DNA of 64,000 nucleotides from a virus. Made by a program: the position numbers and the translations under genes. Location: the IMG/VR virus record IMGVR_UViG_3300021964_000018, positions 1-64,000 of that record; one strand, given 5' to 3'. Each line of letters begins with the position of its first letter. Within the stretch, counting starts at the first letter, position 1. Below the pieces are notes generated by a model. The model had not been told where the DNA came from and searched no databases. It saw only the letters and a list, made by a program, of their open reading frames with translations. This document shows, piece after piece, positions 38,801 through 47,099 of the stretch.

Positions 38801-39235
38801 AAATTAAATCGATCAAACCTTGATGATTTGTATGATGCAGATATTAATCCGATCACTTCTTTTCCTGGTACTAATGTTATTATATGGGGACAAAAAACAT
38901 TACTCTCGAATGATTCTGCATTGGACAGAGTTAATGTTAGAAGATTACTTATAAGTGTTAGAAGATCAATTAGAACTATTGCTAATTCTCTCTTGTTTGA
39001 ACCAAATAGAGAATCAACATTGAGTAAATTTAGTGCTTTAGTTGAGCCGGTTCTTCAAAATGTTCAAGAAAGAAATGGTGTTTCAAGATATAAGGTGGTA
39101 ATTGATTCTACTACTACAACACAAGCTGATATTGAAAATAATACAATAAGAGGCAAAATATATCTTCAACCTACAAGAACAGTTGAGTTTGTTGCTTTAG
39201 ATTTTGTTGTTACAAATTCTGGTGCAGAAATTTAA
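35828..39235 (+). CDS. Contractile tail sheath protein, paralog 2
   Basis: SAGVSTREID, GPAFVP, PWNAPAGKSRG, GQKTL, ALDRVNVRR, PTRTVEFVALDF. Confidence 0.93.
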   Translation: MAELTFKSAGVSTREIDLSQPSVSSPSGVPAGVIGTANQGPAFVPITVGNFNDFTTLFGATDGAKFGPLAVNEWLKNAGSATFVRVLGAGNGQQRNTTTGIVTNAGYFVGDRNLQLNGTIGNNPYANSGAGAVKGRTYFLGCFMSESNGSTIFSDAGIQVNNAFASTTLTIGNDTTSTNLLAENDTLTLIDATGTSKTFEFLDNGSSATGDNIAVESAAAVTADTGVTLATTLSTVISSNLSISVDRTDNVLTLTQNIFGPIGNTSYSDSVAGEDNLTGSNFSGGAGGAAPILRGVLLAPSGVILHLSGNSAANGSDAPGTSDTAASAAGVIMGREGSLTGSIDLRSGKEEFVMLLNGHKNTSAYPNVLTASFDPIAPNYLTRVLNTDPLKLEKAGHLLYNHYPLHGNVATITGSGVVSAGHFSKGSALGNHEDIAFLLSSSLGRAAATDGSIPDYEDFQDRFSHAETPYVISQKFGNRPYNLFKIVALSAGAGFADDFKFSITNIVRSTSNVNKFGKFDLLVRKGGDNDDEQVVLESFRGLDLDPDSVNYIGRRIGDQYAKFDFDTSLDSQKIVVEGTHPVLSRYIRVQIHPDVANRNIPDESLPVGYRGPKHLVTSGSLLSGESDGLYSSTDLLQRIIEPPVPYRENITLGTGINKKVNSNLFWGAQSTLKINATQPNLITTNDALASLTPVTQNYQVHFPTHRKDTTAVFVGDNEGAANVNGSVLDADLFNYNKFSLENIQVRTGSNSDATQTAADSEYWVSASYVRDGVIAVNATNKTRAFKVEDLDVVANRKFAKFTFFAQGGFDGVNIFNQEKANLSNNAAKYEIDDSTNQGGTSGPTIAAYRKAVDIMGSTSDTNIQLLAIPGIRNSVITDYAISAVENRFDCLYLMDIEERDQVNSVITSSVQTPHVKNTINSFKDRNLNTSFAAAYFPDVTITDPGTNTFVSVPPSVAVLGGYSFNDKVSAPWNAPAGKSRGALNAVETTSVKLNRSNLDDLYDADINPITSFPGTNVIIWGQKTLLSNDSALDRVNVRRLLISVRRSIRTIANSLLFEPNRESTLSKFSALVEPVLQNVQERNGVSRYKVVIDSTTTTQADIENNTIRGKIYLQPTRTVEFVALDFVVTNSGAEI

Positions 39236-39275
39236 AATAAGATATATATATTTATAAACTGATAAGGAGATAGAA

Positions 39276-39767
39276 ATGGCAGAAACGCTTTCAGTAACAG
39301 ACTTACTTCCCAATAAATTCGAACCAAAAAGACAGTATCGATGGGTTCTTGCAATTGAAGGAATTGACAGCTTTTTAATTAAATCAGCAGCTAGACCTAG
39401 TATTACTTTAGCTCAAGAAGAAATTAAGTATATTAACAGCTATAGAAAAATTGGCGGAAGAGTAACGTTTGGTAATATGTCTGTTACACTTCATGATCCA
39501 ATTGCTCCATCTGGGGCACAGCAAGTAATGGAATGGGTAAGAACTCATTACGAATCTGTTTCAGGACGTGCAGGTTATGTTGACTTTTACAAAAGAGATA
39601 TACAGATAAAAATGCTTGATCCAGTAGGAACTGTTATAGAATTATGGGATATTAAAGGTGCATTCTTGTCTAATGCTAATTTTAATCAACTCACCTATAC
39701 GGGTGGTGAAACTCCAATGGAGATATCTTTGACAATTGAATTTGACAATTGTGTATTGCAATTCTAA
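39276..39767 (+). CDS. Tail tube protein (gp19-like)
   Basis: EPKRQYRW, LHDPIAPSGAQQVMEW, YKRDIQIKMLDPVGTVIELWDIKGAF. Confidence 0.9.
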   Translation: MAETLSVTDLLPNKFEPKRQYRWVLAIEGIDSFLIKSAARPSITLAQEEIKYINSYRKIGGRVTFGNMSVTLHDPIAPSGAQQVMEWVRTHYESVSGRAGYVDFYKRDIQIKMLDPVGTVIELWDIKGAFLSNANFNQLTYTGGETPMEISLTIEFDNCVLQF

Positions 39768-39784
39768 AATAATTTTTAAAATAT

Positions 39785-39813
39785 TTTACAGACAATATGT
39801 AATTCCATACAAT
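39785..39813 (+). promoter_or_regulatory. Sigma70-like promoter of the tail chaperone gene
   Basis: TTTACA-17 nt-TACAAT. Confidence 0.55.
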
Positions 39814-39842
39814 TAGTATGGAATTTTTTTTATGGAGAATTA

Positions 39843-40670
39843 ATGTCGTCAGATGTTCTAAACACAGAAGTAGCACAGCATGTAATGAAAAACAATATCA
39901 TGAAAGATGATTTTGGATGGGAAGTACCTGTTGAATCTGTTCCTTTACCTTCAAAGGGAGTTATATATTCACCTAATTCTATTTTGCATGGTAAAGAAAC
40001 TCTTCAAATAAAAGCAATGACTGCGCAAGAAGAAGATATTCTTATGTCTCCTGCTTTAGCTAAGGATGGGAGTACAATTATTCATTTAATTAAGTCATGT
40101 TTAATTGATAAATCAATTGATGTAAATGAATTAATAGCAGGTGATAGAAATGCTTTAATGATATCAATACGCGTAACAGGATATGGTACACATTATCCGA
40201 TCAATATTAATTGTGAAAACTGCAGTAAATTAAATGAAGTTGATGTTGATTTATCTACATTGGAAATTAAAAGACTTAATATTTCACCTATTGAAATAGG
40301 GAAAAATGAGTTTAGTTTCGATTTGCCTGTGATGAAAAAGCAAGTTATTTTTAAGTATTTAAACGCAAATGATGATAAAAATAGGCAGGCAAAAGTTGAT
40401 TTTATTGAAAAGCACTCACAAGGTTTAAGAACCAATAACGTAACTTCATTTTTAGAAGAATCAATTGTATCTATTGATGGTATTAAAGACAAAAACAAAA
40501 TTGTTCATTTTGTTAAAAACATGCCAGCATTTGATTCAAAGTCTTTGAGAAAATATATCAATGAAAATGCGCCAGGCATTAACATGAAGCAAGAGTGCAC
40601 TTGTAGTTATTGCGGTCATAAAAACGAATTTAATCTTCCAATTAATTCTAATTTTTTTTGGCCTAGATAG
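39843..40670 (+). CDS. Baseplate hub/tail assembly chaperone (T4 gp26-like)
   Basis: LPSKG, MTAQEEDIL, GDRNALMISIR, two CxxC motifs, ends FFWP; lies between tube and tape-measure genes. Confidence 0.85.
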   Translation: MSSDVLNTEVAQHVMKNNIMKDDFGWEVPVESVPLPSKGVIYSPNSILHGKETLQIKAMTAQEEDILMSPALAKDGSTIIHLIKSCLIDKSIDVNELIAGDRNALMISIRVTGYGTHYPININCENCSKLNEVDVDLSTLEIKRLNISPIEIGKNEFSFDLPVMKKQVIFKYLNANDDKNRQAKVDFIEKHSQGLRTNNVTSFLEESIVSIDGIKDKNKIVHFVKNMPAFDSKSLRKYINENAPGINMKQECTCSYCGHKNEFNLPINSNFFWPR

Positions 40671-40923
40671 TAGTTTTAAAGAATTACAACTTGAACAAAT
40701 TTATATTTTAGTTAAGCATCTTGGTTTTAATTATAGAGACGCAAGATGTTTAAACGTAGCATATCGGAAATGGTTTATTGATAGATATGTAAAAGAATTA
40801 AAAGAGATAAATGAAAAAAGATCCGGCGGCAGCGACGTTAATCAAGATGTAAATAATGACAATATAAGCAACTTGCGCCAATACGAATCATTATTAAATA
40901 AAAAATTCTCAAATGATATTTAG
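40660..40923 (+). CDS. Startless frameshift extension (gp51-like / TAC second frame)
   Basis: 87 open codons (GLDSSFKELQLEQIYILVKHLGFNYRDARCLNVAYRKWFIDRYVKE...) in the +1 frame after T8 at 40652-40659, with no ATG/GTG/TTG start upstream in that frame. Confidence 0.7.
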   Translation, partial: GLDSSFKELQLEQIYILVKHLGFNYRDARCLNVAYRKWFIDRYVKELKEINEKRSGGSDVNQDVNNDNISNLRQYESLLNKKFSNDI

Positions 40924-40960
40924 TAATATATTATTTGTATTTATCAAGAGGTTTTAAGAT

Positions 40961-43081
40961 ATGTCTCCACCTGACGTTAATTTATCATCTGAGTCAATTG
41001 ACAAATTAGTTACCGCGATGATGGGCAGGCAACAATCTTTCAATAACGTAAATACTTCAGACCCTTCTAGTGCTTTTACCGGTGGTAATGTTAGATCTGG
41101 AAGAACTGACCAAGAAAGTTTAGCATTAAGTGCAACTTATTTTTCAGGTCTTGCAGGTAAAATGGAAACAGCAACTGACACATATCTTAAGGGTATCAAT
41201 GATATGTTTATGGGTCACGCTAAAAACTATGAAATGATTAATGAATCAATTGGCGGGTACTTAGATCATTCAAAATTAGCAGAATCATCAGCAACAACAA
41301 TGAAACAGTATGTTGAAAGATATGATCAAATGATCGATGCATACGGTACTTCTACTGATGAATTTGTAAAATTGCAAAAAGATGCAGGTGTTGAAATAAC
41401 TGCTGAACAAGAAGCTCGTATGGGTGAAGTAGGAACCGATTTTATAACAAAATACTTTAAAAGTGGAGAAGCGGCCGCTAAAGTCCAGAACGAAGTATTG
41501 AATGAATTAGTAACGCAAAATGCGCAAGCCATTAATGATATGGATGAATTTTCAAGAATGGAGCTAGCTTTAATTAATAGAAATACAGGTATTGGCGCCA
41601 AGCGAATAGCTCAAATCATGGAAAACGAGTTAGTCAGAACAGGTGAGGCAACTAACAATGCAATGTTTAAGGTTGCTGGCTTTTCTAAAAAAATGTCAGA
41701 AGAAACTGGTTTGTCTCTAAAATTAATTCAGGACTCTACAACGCGTGTAATGGAAAATATTCAACAATTTGGCCATGTCACAGAAGAAGAAGCAACAAGA
41801 ATATCAGTTCAAATACAACAGTTAGGAATGAAATTCGAGACTTTTGAAGGTTTGACTCAAAAATTTCAAGATTTTGATACAGCTGCTAGTGCAATGGGAG
41901 ACATATCTCAATTGACAGGAGGCGCTGTACAATTTGATGCACAAGAAATGGCATATCTTGCTAGTGAAGATCAAGATGAATTTTTAAGAGTATTAAGGGG
42001 TAGCTTTCTCGAGTCTGGATTTGACAAAGATCAATTTCTTGATATGACTAATGCTGAGCAACGCGCAATTGCTGAATCTATGGGAATGCAAAGAAATGAA
42101 TTCGCGATGTTAATTGATCGTGAAAGAGATATATCTTCAAAAGAACAATTAGATCAGATTATGAAAGAAGCAACTGAAGAAGGTTTAACGACTGAAAAAG
42201 GTGCTATGGAGGTGATTAAAGAACAGAAAAAAGCACTGGATAATTCTATTAAATCCTCACAAGAGCTAATGGATGCTGCAAGAAAAAGAGAAATGGACAG
42301 AAATAGAAAATTTTCTACTGAAACTATAGAAAACATGGTTGATTTTAGAAAAAATGCTTTAATAGCTTTAGATGTTCCTGAAATAGCTGAGTCCATAAAT
42401 AAAAGTATTGCTGGTGCCATGAAAAGCTCGTCAACAGTTTTAAAAGACGTAACAGAAAAAATTATCGACAAAGGTGGAATTATTAAAGGAATTGAGTCCA
42501 TAGGTACAGATTTAATGCAGCCAATGTTCGACGTATTTAAAGGTGGAGGTGAATCAGCAGTTTCCGGCATGAAAGAAGGGTCAGTAGAATTACAGCCAAG
42601 TTCATTACCACCTTTATTTCAAAAAGTAGTAGATGAAACAGGAAAGTATTTAGGGCCTGGTTTTTATGACGTATTTAAAATAGCCGGCGAAATGTCAGCA
42701 AAAGGAATGACAGATGGTTTAGGTGATATGGGTATTGATCCATTAACAGTTTTAAAAGGTGTTAAGGCTATTAAAGACATAAAGACAAAACCAATGATGT
42801 TGCAAAATAATATTGATAGAGTTTTAACAGCTTTAGAAGAGGTTAAAAAACAAGATATAGAAAAGTATGGAGCTGCAATTGAACAATTGACAGAAAATAT
42901 AAAAATTATTAATGAAACCACAGGTAAGTTAAGTGATAATCAGACTAGTTTGTTGGAAATGTTAGGTAAGGGAAAAGAAATTGTATTAAATATTGATGGC
43001 AAAAAAGTAGGTGAAGCAATACTTGATCGGTCTCCTGATATAGAAAATATTGCTGGAATTAAATTTGTGACAGAGGGATAG
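40961..43081 (+). CDS. Tape measure protein
   Basis: Long helical Ala/Met/Glu-rich protein after the chaperone gene; C-terminal IVLNIDGKKVG. Confidence 0.75.
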   Translation: MSPPDVNLSSESIDKLVTAMMGRQQSFNNVNTSDPSSAFTGGNVRSGRTDQESLALSATYFSGLAGKMETATDTYLKGINDMFMGHAKNYEMINESIGGYLDHSKLAESSATTMKQYVERYDQMIDAYGTSTDEFVKLQKDAGVEITAEQEARMGEVGTDFITKYFKSGEAAAKVQNEVLNELVTQNAQAINDMDEFSRMELALINRNTGIGAKRIAQIMENELVRTGEATNNAMFKVAGFSKKMSEETGLSLKLIQDSTTRVMENIQQFGHVTEEEATRISVQIQQLGMKFETFEGLTQKFQDFDTAASAMGDISQLTGGAVQFDAQEMAYLASEDQDEFLRVLRGSFLESGFDKDQFLDMTNAEQRAIAESMGMQRNEFAMLIDRERDISSKEQLDQIMKEATEEGLTTEKGAMEVIKEQKKALDNSIKSSQELMDAARKREMDRNRKFSTETIENMVDFRKNALIALDVPEIAESINKSIAGAMKSSSTVLKDVTEKIIDKGGIIKGIESIGTDLMQPMFDVFKGGGESAVSGMKEGSVELQPSSLPPLFQKVVDETGKYLGPGFYDVFKIAGEMSAKGMTDGLGDMGIDPLTVLKGVKAIKDIKTKPMMLQNNIDRVLTALEEVKKQDIEKYGAAIEQLTENIKIINETTGKLSDNQTSLLEMLGKGKEIVLNIDGKKVGEAILDRSPDIENIAGIKFVTEG

Positions 43082-43082
43082 A

Positions 43083-43298
43083 ATGAGTAAGTTATTAGAT
43101 GAATCTTATAAATCTTTAAAAAACTTTACAAAAAATAATGATATGACAGATTCTGAATTAAAAGAACTTGATGAATTTATCAAATTAATCGATCAAAAGC
43201 TAATAGAGATTAATTCTAAAAAAGATAAAAATTTTATTGTAAACTTAGGAAAAGCTTTTAAATATTTAATAGAGAGAGAGGATAAAGATGACAACTAG
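43083..43298 (+). CDS. Small hypothetical protein
   Basis: ORF with RBS between the tape-measure and baseplate genes. Confidence 0.5.
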   Translation: MSKLLDESYKSLKNFTKNNDMTDSELKELDEFIKLIDQKLIEINSKKDKNFIVNLGKAFKYLIEREDKDDN

Positions 43299-46200
43299 AG
43301 AAACATTAAAAAACTTTCTCAATAAACTAAATTTATCTTCTGATAAAATATCTTATCAAGTTAATCCTGCATCAGGAGACCCCAACGATACAGACTCATT
43401 ATTAGAAAGAGGATTATCTGACTTAGGCGCAGACCCAAATACTGGGAAAGAATTATTAAATTTTGAAAAAGAAGAAAGTTTACTTAACGATTATGTGAAT
43501 TTTATAACAGATAGAAATGAATATTCTATCAACAAAGGAATTACACAAGGAATTGCACAAAAAAGAGGCGATAGTTTATCATCAGATCATGGTGCAGAAA
43601 CTTTTACAGATAATAATAGCGTATTAGAAGAGAGGTTAAGTAGTTATTCTAATTCAAAGTATTTTCAAAATTTATCAGAGATTGTCGATAAAACATCAAA
43701 GGAAAAAACAAATCACAATTTACTTAAGAATATACCTGGGAGTGATTTAAATGACTCTGGTGAAACTTTAATTCCTAATAACAGTGATAATATAGTTTTA
43801 AATTCAGTTGATACTGTCTTGAAACAGAATAATCGTTTCGCTAGTGTTAAAACCGGTACTGCTTTTGCTCCTCGTGGTATAAATGAAGCAGATTTTGAAG
43901 GTGAATCTGAAAGTGGTAGTCATTTAATTCAAAATAAGTTTGGTACTTTTGATAAAAGAGAATTAAAATATGATATTGACATGCTTAAAAAAGTAGGATT
44001 AAGTATGTTATATAAATCTTCTGGTTATGATACAGGACAAATTCCTGGAGAAAGCATCGATCCTGAAAAACTGGAAGGTTCTGATGGTTATGGAGATATT
44101 GGAAATCAGACAGTTTTGCCAGACTTTATTTTAAATAATAGATTTGTCAAAAGAGACTTTAAAAGTGTAAGAGCTTTAAACTCAGAAAGTGCACCAAAAA
44201 ATAGTTCTGGTCGTCCTTTCAATGAAGATCCTGAAATTTTAGGTCAAGAAGAAGGAAACAATTCAAAAACTTTTGGTTCAGTTTACAATGATTCTGTACA
44301 TTTTGACGGCAAAAATAGAAAAATTCTTATGATTAAAGCTTCAATTGCATGCAAATCTGTGATTAATATTGCAAAAGAATTTTATGAAGAAATTAAAGCT
44401 TCAATAACAACAACGCCAGACGAAACTAATCCGAGTTTTGCCAATTTAACTCAATCAAAAACAACTACTGGACCTTATTTTTTAGGAAGTTCAAGAGGGG
44501 TTCTGTCAGCCAATTTAGATTTAATTAGAAAATCATTAATTACTGCAACAAAACATGATTATACAAATTGTATAGATGCAGGAATTGAAGTAATGTTTGG
44601 TAATCTAGAATCAGAAAATTTAGATAGTATCGTATTTAAACAGTCTCCAGGTCAGTTATTAGCAATTTGTTTATCAGCAATTAAGTCATATGAAAAAATG
44701 ATAGATTTAATTAATGAAAGAACTTTGAATCAACCTGAGAATATTGCATCATCTGTTATTGGAATTTTAAATACTTTAAAAGATAACAACCTTATTAAAT
44801 TTTTAAATGTACTTGCTACAATTGGTGATCGAGCACTAATGGCTTCTGGTGGTAATAAAGACTTAAGCGTCAAACAATCTATTAGAAATGTAGATAGTTT
44901 AAGTGATGCTGCCGGTAATCGCCCTGGAAAACATAGAAAACGTAACGGGAGAACAATAACACAGGTTGCATGGAATCAAAACGAAACAATTAATTCCTAT
45001 ATATTACCTTTGAATATAGTAAGAGCTAGTGCAAAGTTATCACAAGGAAATAATTCTCCTAATCCTGTTAAATCCATGTTAGGTTCTGGACTTTATGAAA
45101 ATACATATTTGTCTGTGAATAATGACGGAGCCGGCTCAAGAATACCAAATGAAGTAGTTAAAGAAATAGAAGATCGTCTAGACGCTGAATATGTTCCTTT
45201 TTATATACAAGATTTAAGAACTAATGAAATCATATCTTTTCATGCTTTTTTATCATCTTTATCTGATACTATTACACCAAACTTTAACTCTACTCAAGGT
45301 TATGGACGAATGGATCCAGTACAGATATACTCTGATACAAAAAGATCAATCACGGTTTCTTTTACTTTAATGGCGACTTCAAGAGAAGATTTTGATTTAA
45401 TGTGGTATAAAATTAATAAATTAACAACATTAGTATATCCGCAATGGACACAAGGTACAAAAGTTTCTAATGGTGGCGATAATGTTTTTATTCAACCATT
45501 TAGTCAAGTTATTGGAGCATCACCATTGGTAAGATTAAGAGTAGGTGATGTTGTTAAATCAAACTATTCTAGGTTTAATTTGTCAAGAATATTTGGCATT
45601 GGTGATTCAAATATTACAACAAAACCTCAAGGTCAATCTTTATTATCACAAGGATTAGATTTTGTTGAAGATAATACACCGATTAATTTTGATGCAATCC
45701 AAGAAGCTGCAATTAAAACCCTAACATTGGCTTTTGGTTCTCCAGCACAATATTTAAATATAGGAAATGTTCAAGACACTGCATTGGATCAATTATCAGT
45801 TTTAAATTTTAACCTTGGAGCAGCTGCTCAGAAAACATTGTCAGCTGCTCAGGAAACATTGTTAACATTATTACACAATGGATTTGTTAATCCACTTTTG
45901 ATGACAGCAGTGATTAATAAAATAAGTACACCTAATCTAAGTATTGACAATTTAAACGAGGTAAATTTATTGGGTATCGGTAATGCGGCTGATATTGTAA
46001 ATGCCGCTTTGGAATCGTCAGGAGTATCTGATGCTTTAGATTTAATTGGGTCGACTTTTCAAAAGCCAGTGGTGAAAGCAAATACAAATCAAGGATATAG
46101 GACACCAGATCAAAGAATAATTTATCTTTCAAAAAATACAACAATTAAAATTTTAGAAGATAGTAATACATCTGGAGAAAACCAAAAAATATTCAAAGCT

Positions 46201-46794
46201 CTAATATCAGATTCAAATTCTGATTTAGATGGAGAAGAAATATTTCTTCAATTTTCAGATTTATATTTTAGTCCTGATTATTTATTTAGAGCATCTGGTG
46301 TCGGTAATTTATTTTTTGCAGCAGAAGGAATAGAATCTTTTGCTGACGAAGGTGTTGACATACTTCAAGAAAACAATGCTAAATATGGTGCAACTCCAGG
46401 ATTAGCAGATTTAGCAAAAAATCTTTATAAGAAAGACGAAGTAATGTTTATGGAACCAAAAGAAAATCCATTTACACGTGCTTATGAAACAACAGCAGGA
46501 AGAGGTTTAGCAGGAACTTTAGGAGGATTAACATTTGACTGGGGGAATGGAGATACTTTTACATGGGAAATCGATCATAATGCACGTGCTCCAAAAGGTG
46601 TAAAGATTACTTTTAATCTGGCAGTCATACATGATATTCCACCTGGAATGGATCATAGCGGATATAATCGTGCACCTCTTTATAATGTTGGTGAAATAAT
46701 GAAACATGTCGCCGGCGATCCTTATTCAGATGGAGCTGCTATGAGCAGATTTAGGTACGAGTCGGCAAGAAAAGACAAAAAATCTGGAGAATAA
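43288..46794 (+). CDS. Baseplate/tail tube initiator protein (gp48/gp54-like domain)
   Basis: ISFHAFLSSLSD...GYGRMDPVQIY..TKRSITVSF, LVYPQ, PLVRLRVGD. Confidence 0.7.
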   Translation: MTTRETLKNFLNKLNLSSDKISYQVNPASGDPNDTDSLLERGLSDLGADPNTGKELLNFEKEESLLNDYVNFITDRNEYSINKGITQGIAQKRGDSLSSDHGAETFTDNNSVLEERLSSYSNSKYFQNLSEIVDKTSKEKTNHNLLKNIPGSDLNDSGETLIPNNSDNIVLNSVDTVLKQNNRFASVKTGTAFAPRGINEADFEGESESGSHLIQNKFGTFDKRELKYDIDMLKKVGLSMLYKSSGYDTGQIPGESIDPEKLEGSDGYGDIGNQTVLPDFILNNRFVKRDFKSVRALNSESAPKNSSGRPFNEDPEILGQEEGNNSKTFGSVYNDSVHFDGKNRKILMIKASIACKSVINIAKEFYEEIKASITTTPDETNPSFANLTQSKTTTGPYFLGSSRGVLSANLDLIRKSLITATKHDYTNCIDAGIEVMFGNLESENLDSIVFKQSPGQLLAICLSAIKSYEKMIDLINERTLNQPENIASSVIGILNTLKDNNLIKFLNVLATIGDRALMASGGNKDLSVKQSIRNVDSLSDAAGNRPGKHRKRNGRTITQVAWNQNETINSYILPLNIVRASAKLSQGNNSPNPVKSMLGSGLYENTYLSVNNDGAGSRIPNEVVKEIEDRLDAEYVPFYIQDLRTNEIISFHAFLSSLSDTITPNFNSTQGYGRMDPVQIYSDTKRSITVSFTLMATSREDFDLMWYKINKLTTLVYPQWTQGTKVSNGGDNVFIQPFSQVIGASPLVRLRVGDVVKSNYSRFNLSRIFGIGDSNITTKPQGQSLLSQGLDFVEDNTPINFDAIQEAAIKTLTLAFGSPAQYLNIGNVQDTALDQLSVLNFNLGAAAQKTLSAAQETLLTLLHNGFVNPLLMTAVINKISTPNLSIDNLNEVNLLGIGNAADIVNAALESSGVSDALDLIGSTFQKPVVKANTNQGYRTPDQRIIYLSKNTTIKILEDSNTSGENQKIFKALISDSNSDLDGEEIFLQFSDLYFSPDYLFRASGVGNLFFAAEGIESFADEGVDILQENNAKYGATPGLADLAKNLYKKDEVMFMEPKENPFTRAYETTAGRGLAGTLGGLTFDWGNGDTFTWEIDHNARAPKGVKITFNLAVIHDIPPGMDHSGYNRAPLYNVGEIMKHVAGDPYSDGAAMSRFRYESARKDKKSGE

Positions 46795-46796
46795 AT

Positions 46797-47099
46797 ATGG
46801 GACTTTCAAGATACTCATTTTCAAAAAAAATTACCTTTAATGGTAAAACAATTTATGGAACAAACAGATTAAGTGCAAACATTTATAATGCTGTAGAAAA
46901 TAATTCAATTTCTTTTCAAACTTATACTTTAACTGAAGGTGAAAGATTAGATGTTATTGCTGGTAAGTTTTACGGAGATGCAAGTTATTGGTGGATAATT
47001 GCCGCGGCATCTGGTATCGGCTGGCCGCTTCAAGTTCCTCCCGGTACTTTTTTAAGAATTCCGCAAAATTTAAATGATGTATTTGGATTAATTTTATGA
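46797..47099 (+). CDS. LysM-like baseplate wedge protein (gp53/gpX-like)
   Basis: GERLDVIAGKFYGDASYWWIIAAAS...GTFLRIP. Confidence 0.8.
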   Translation: MGLSRYSFSKKITFNGKTIYGTNRLSANIYNAVENNSISFQTYTLTEGERLDVIAGKFYGDASYWWIIAAASGIGWPLQVPPGTFLRIPQNLNDVFGLIL

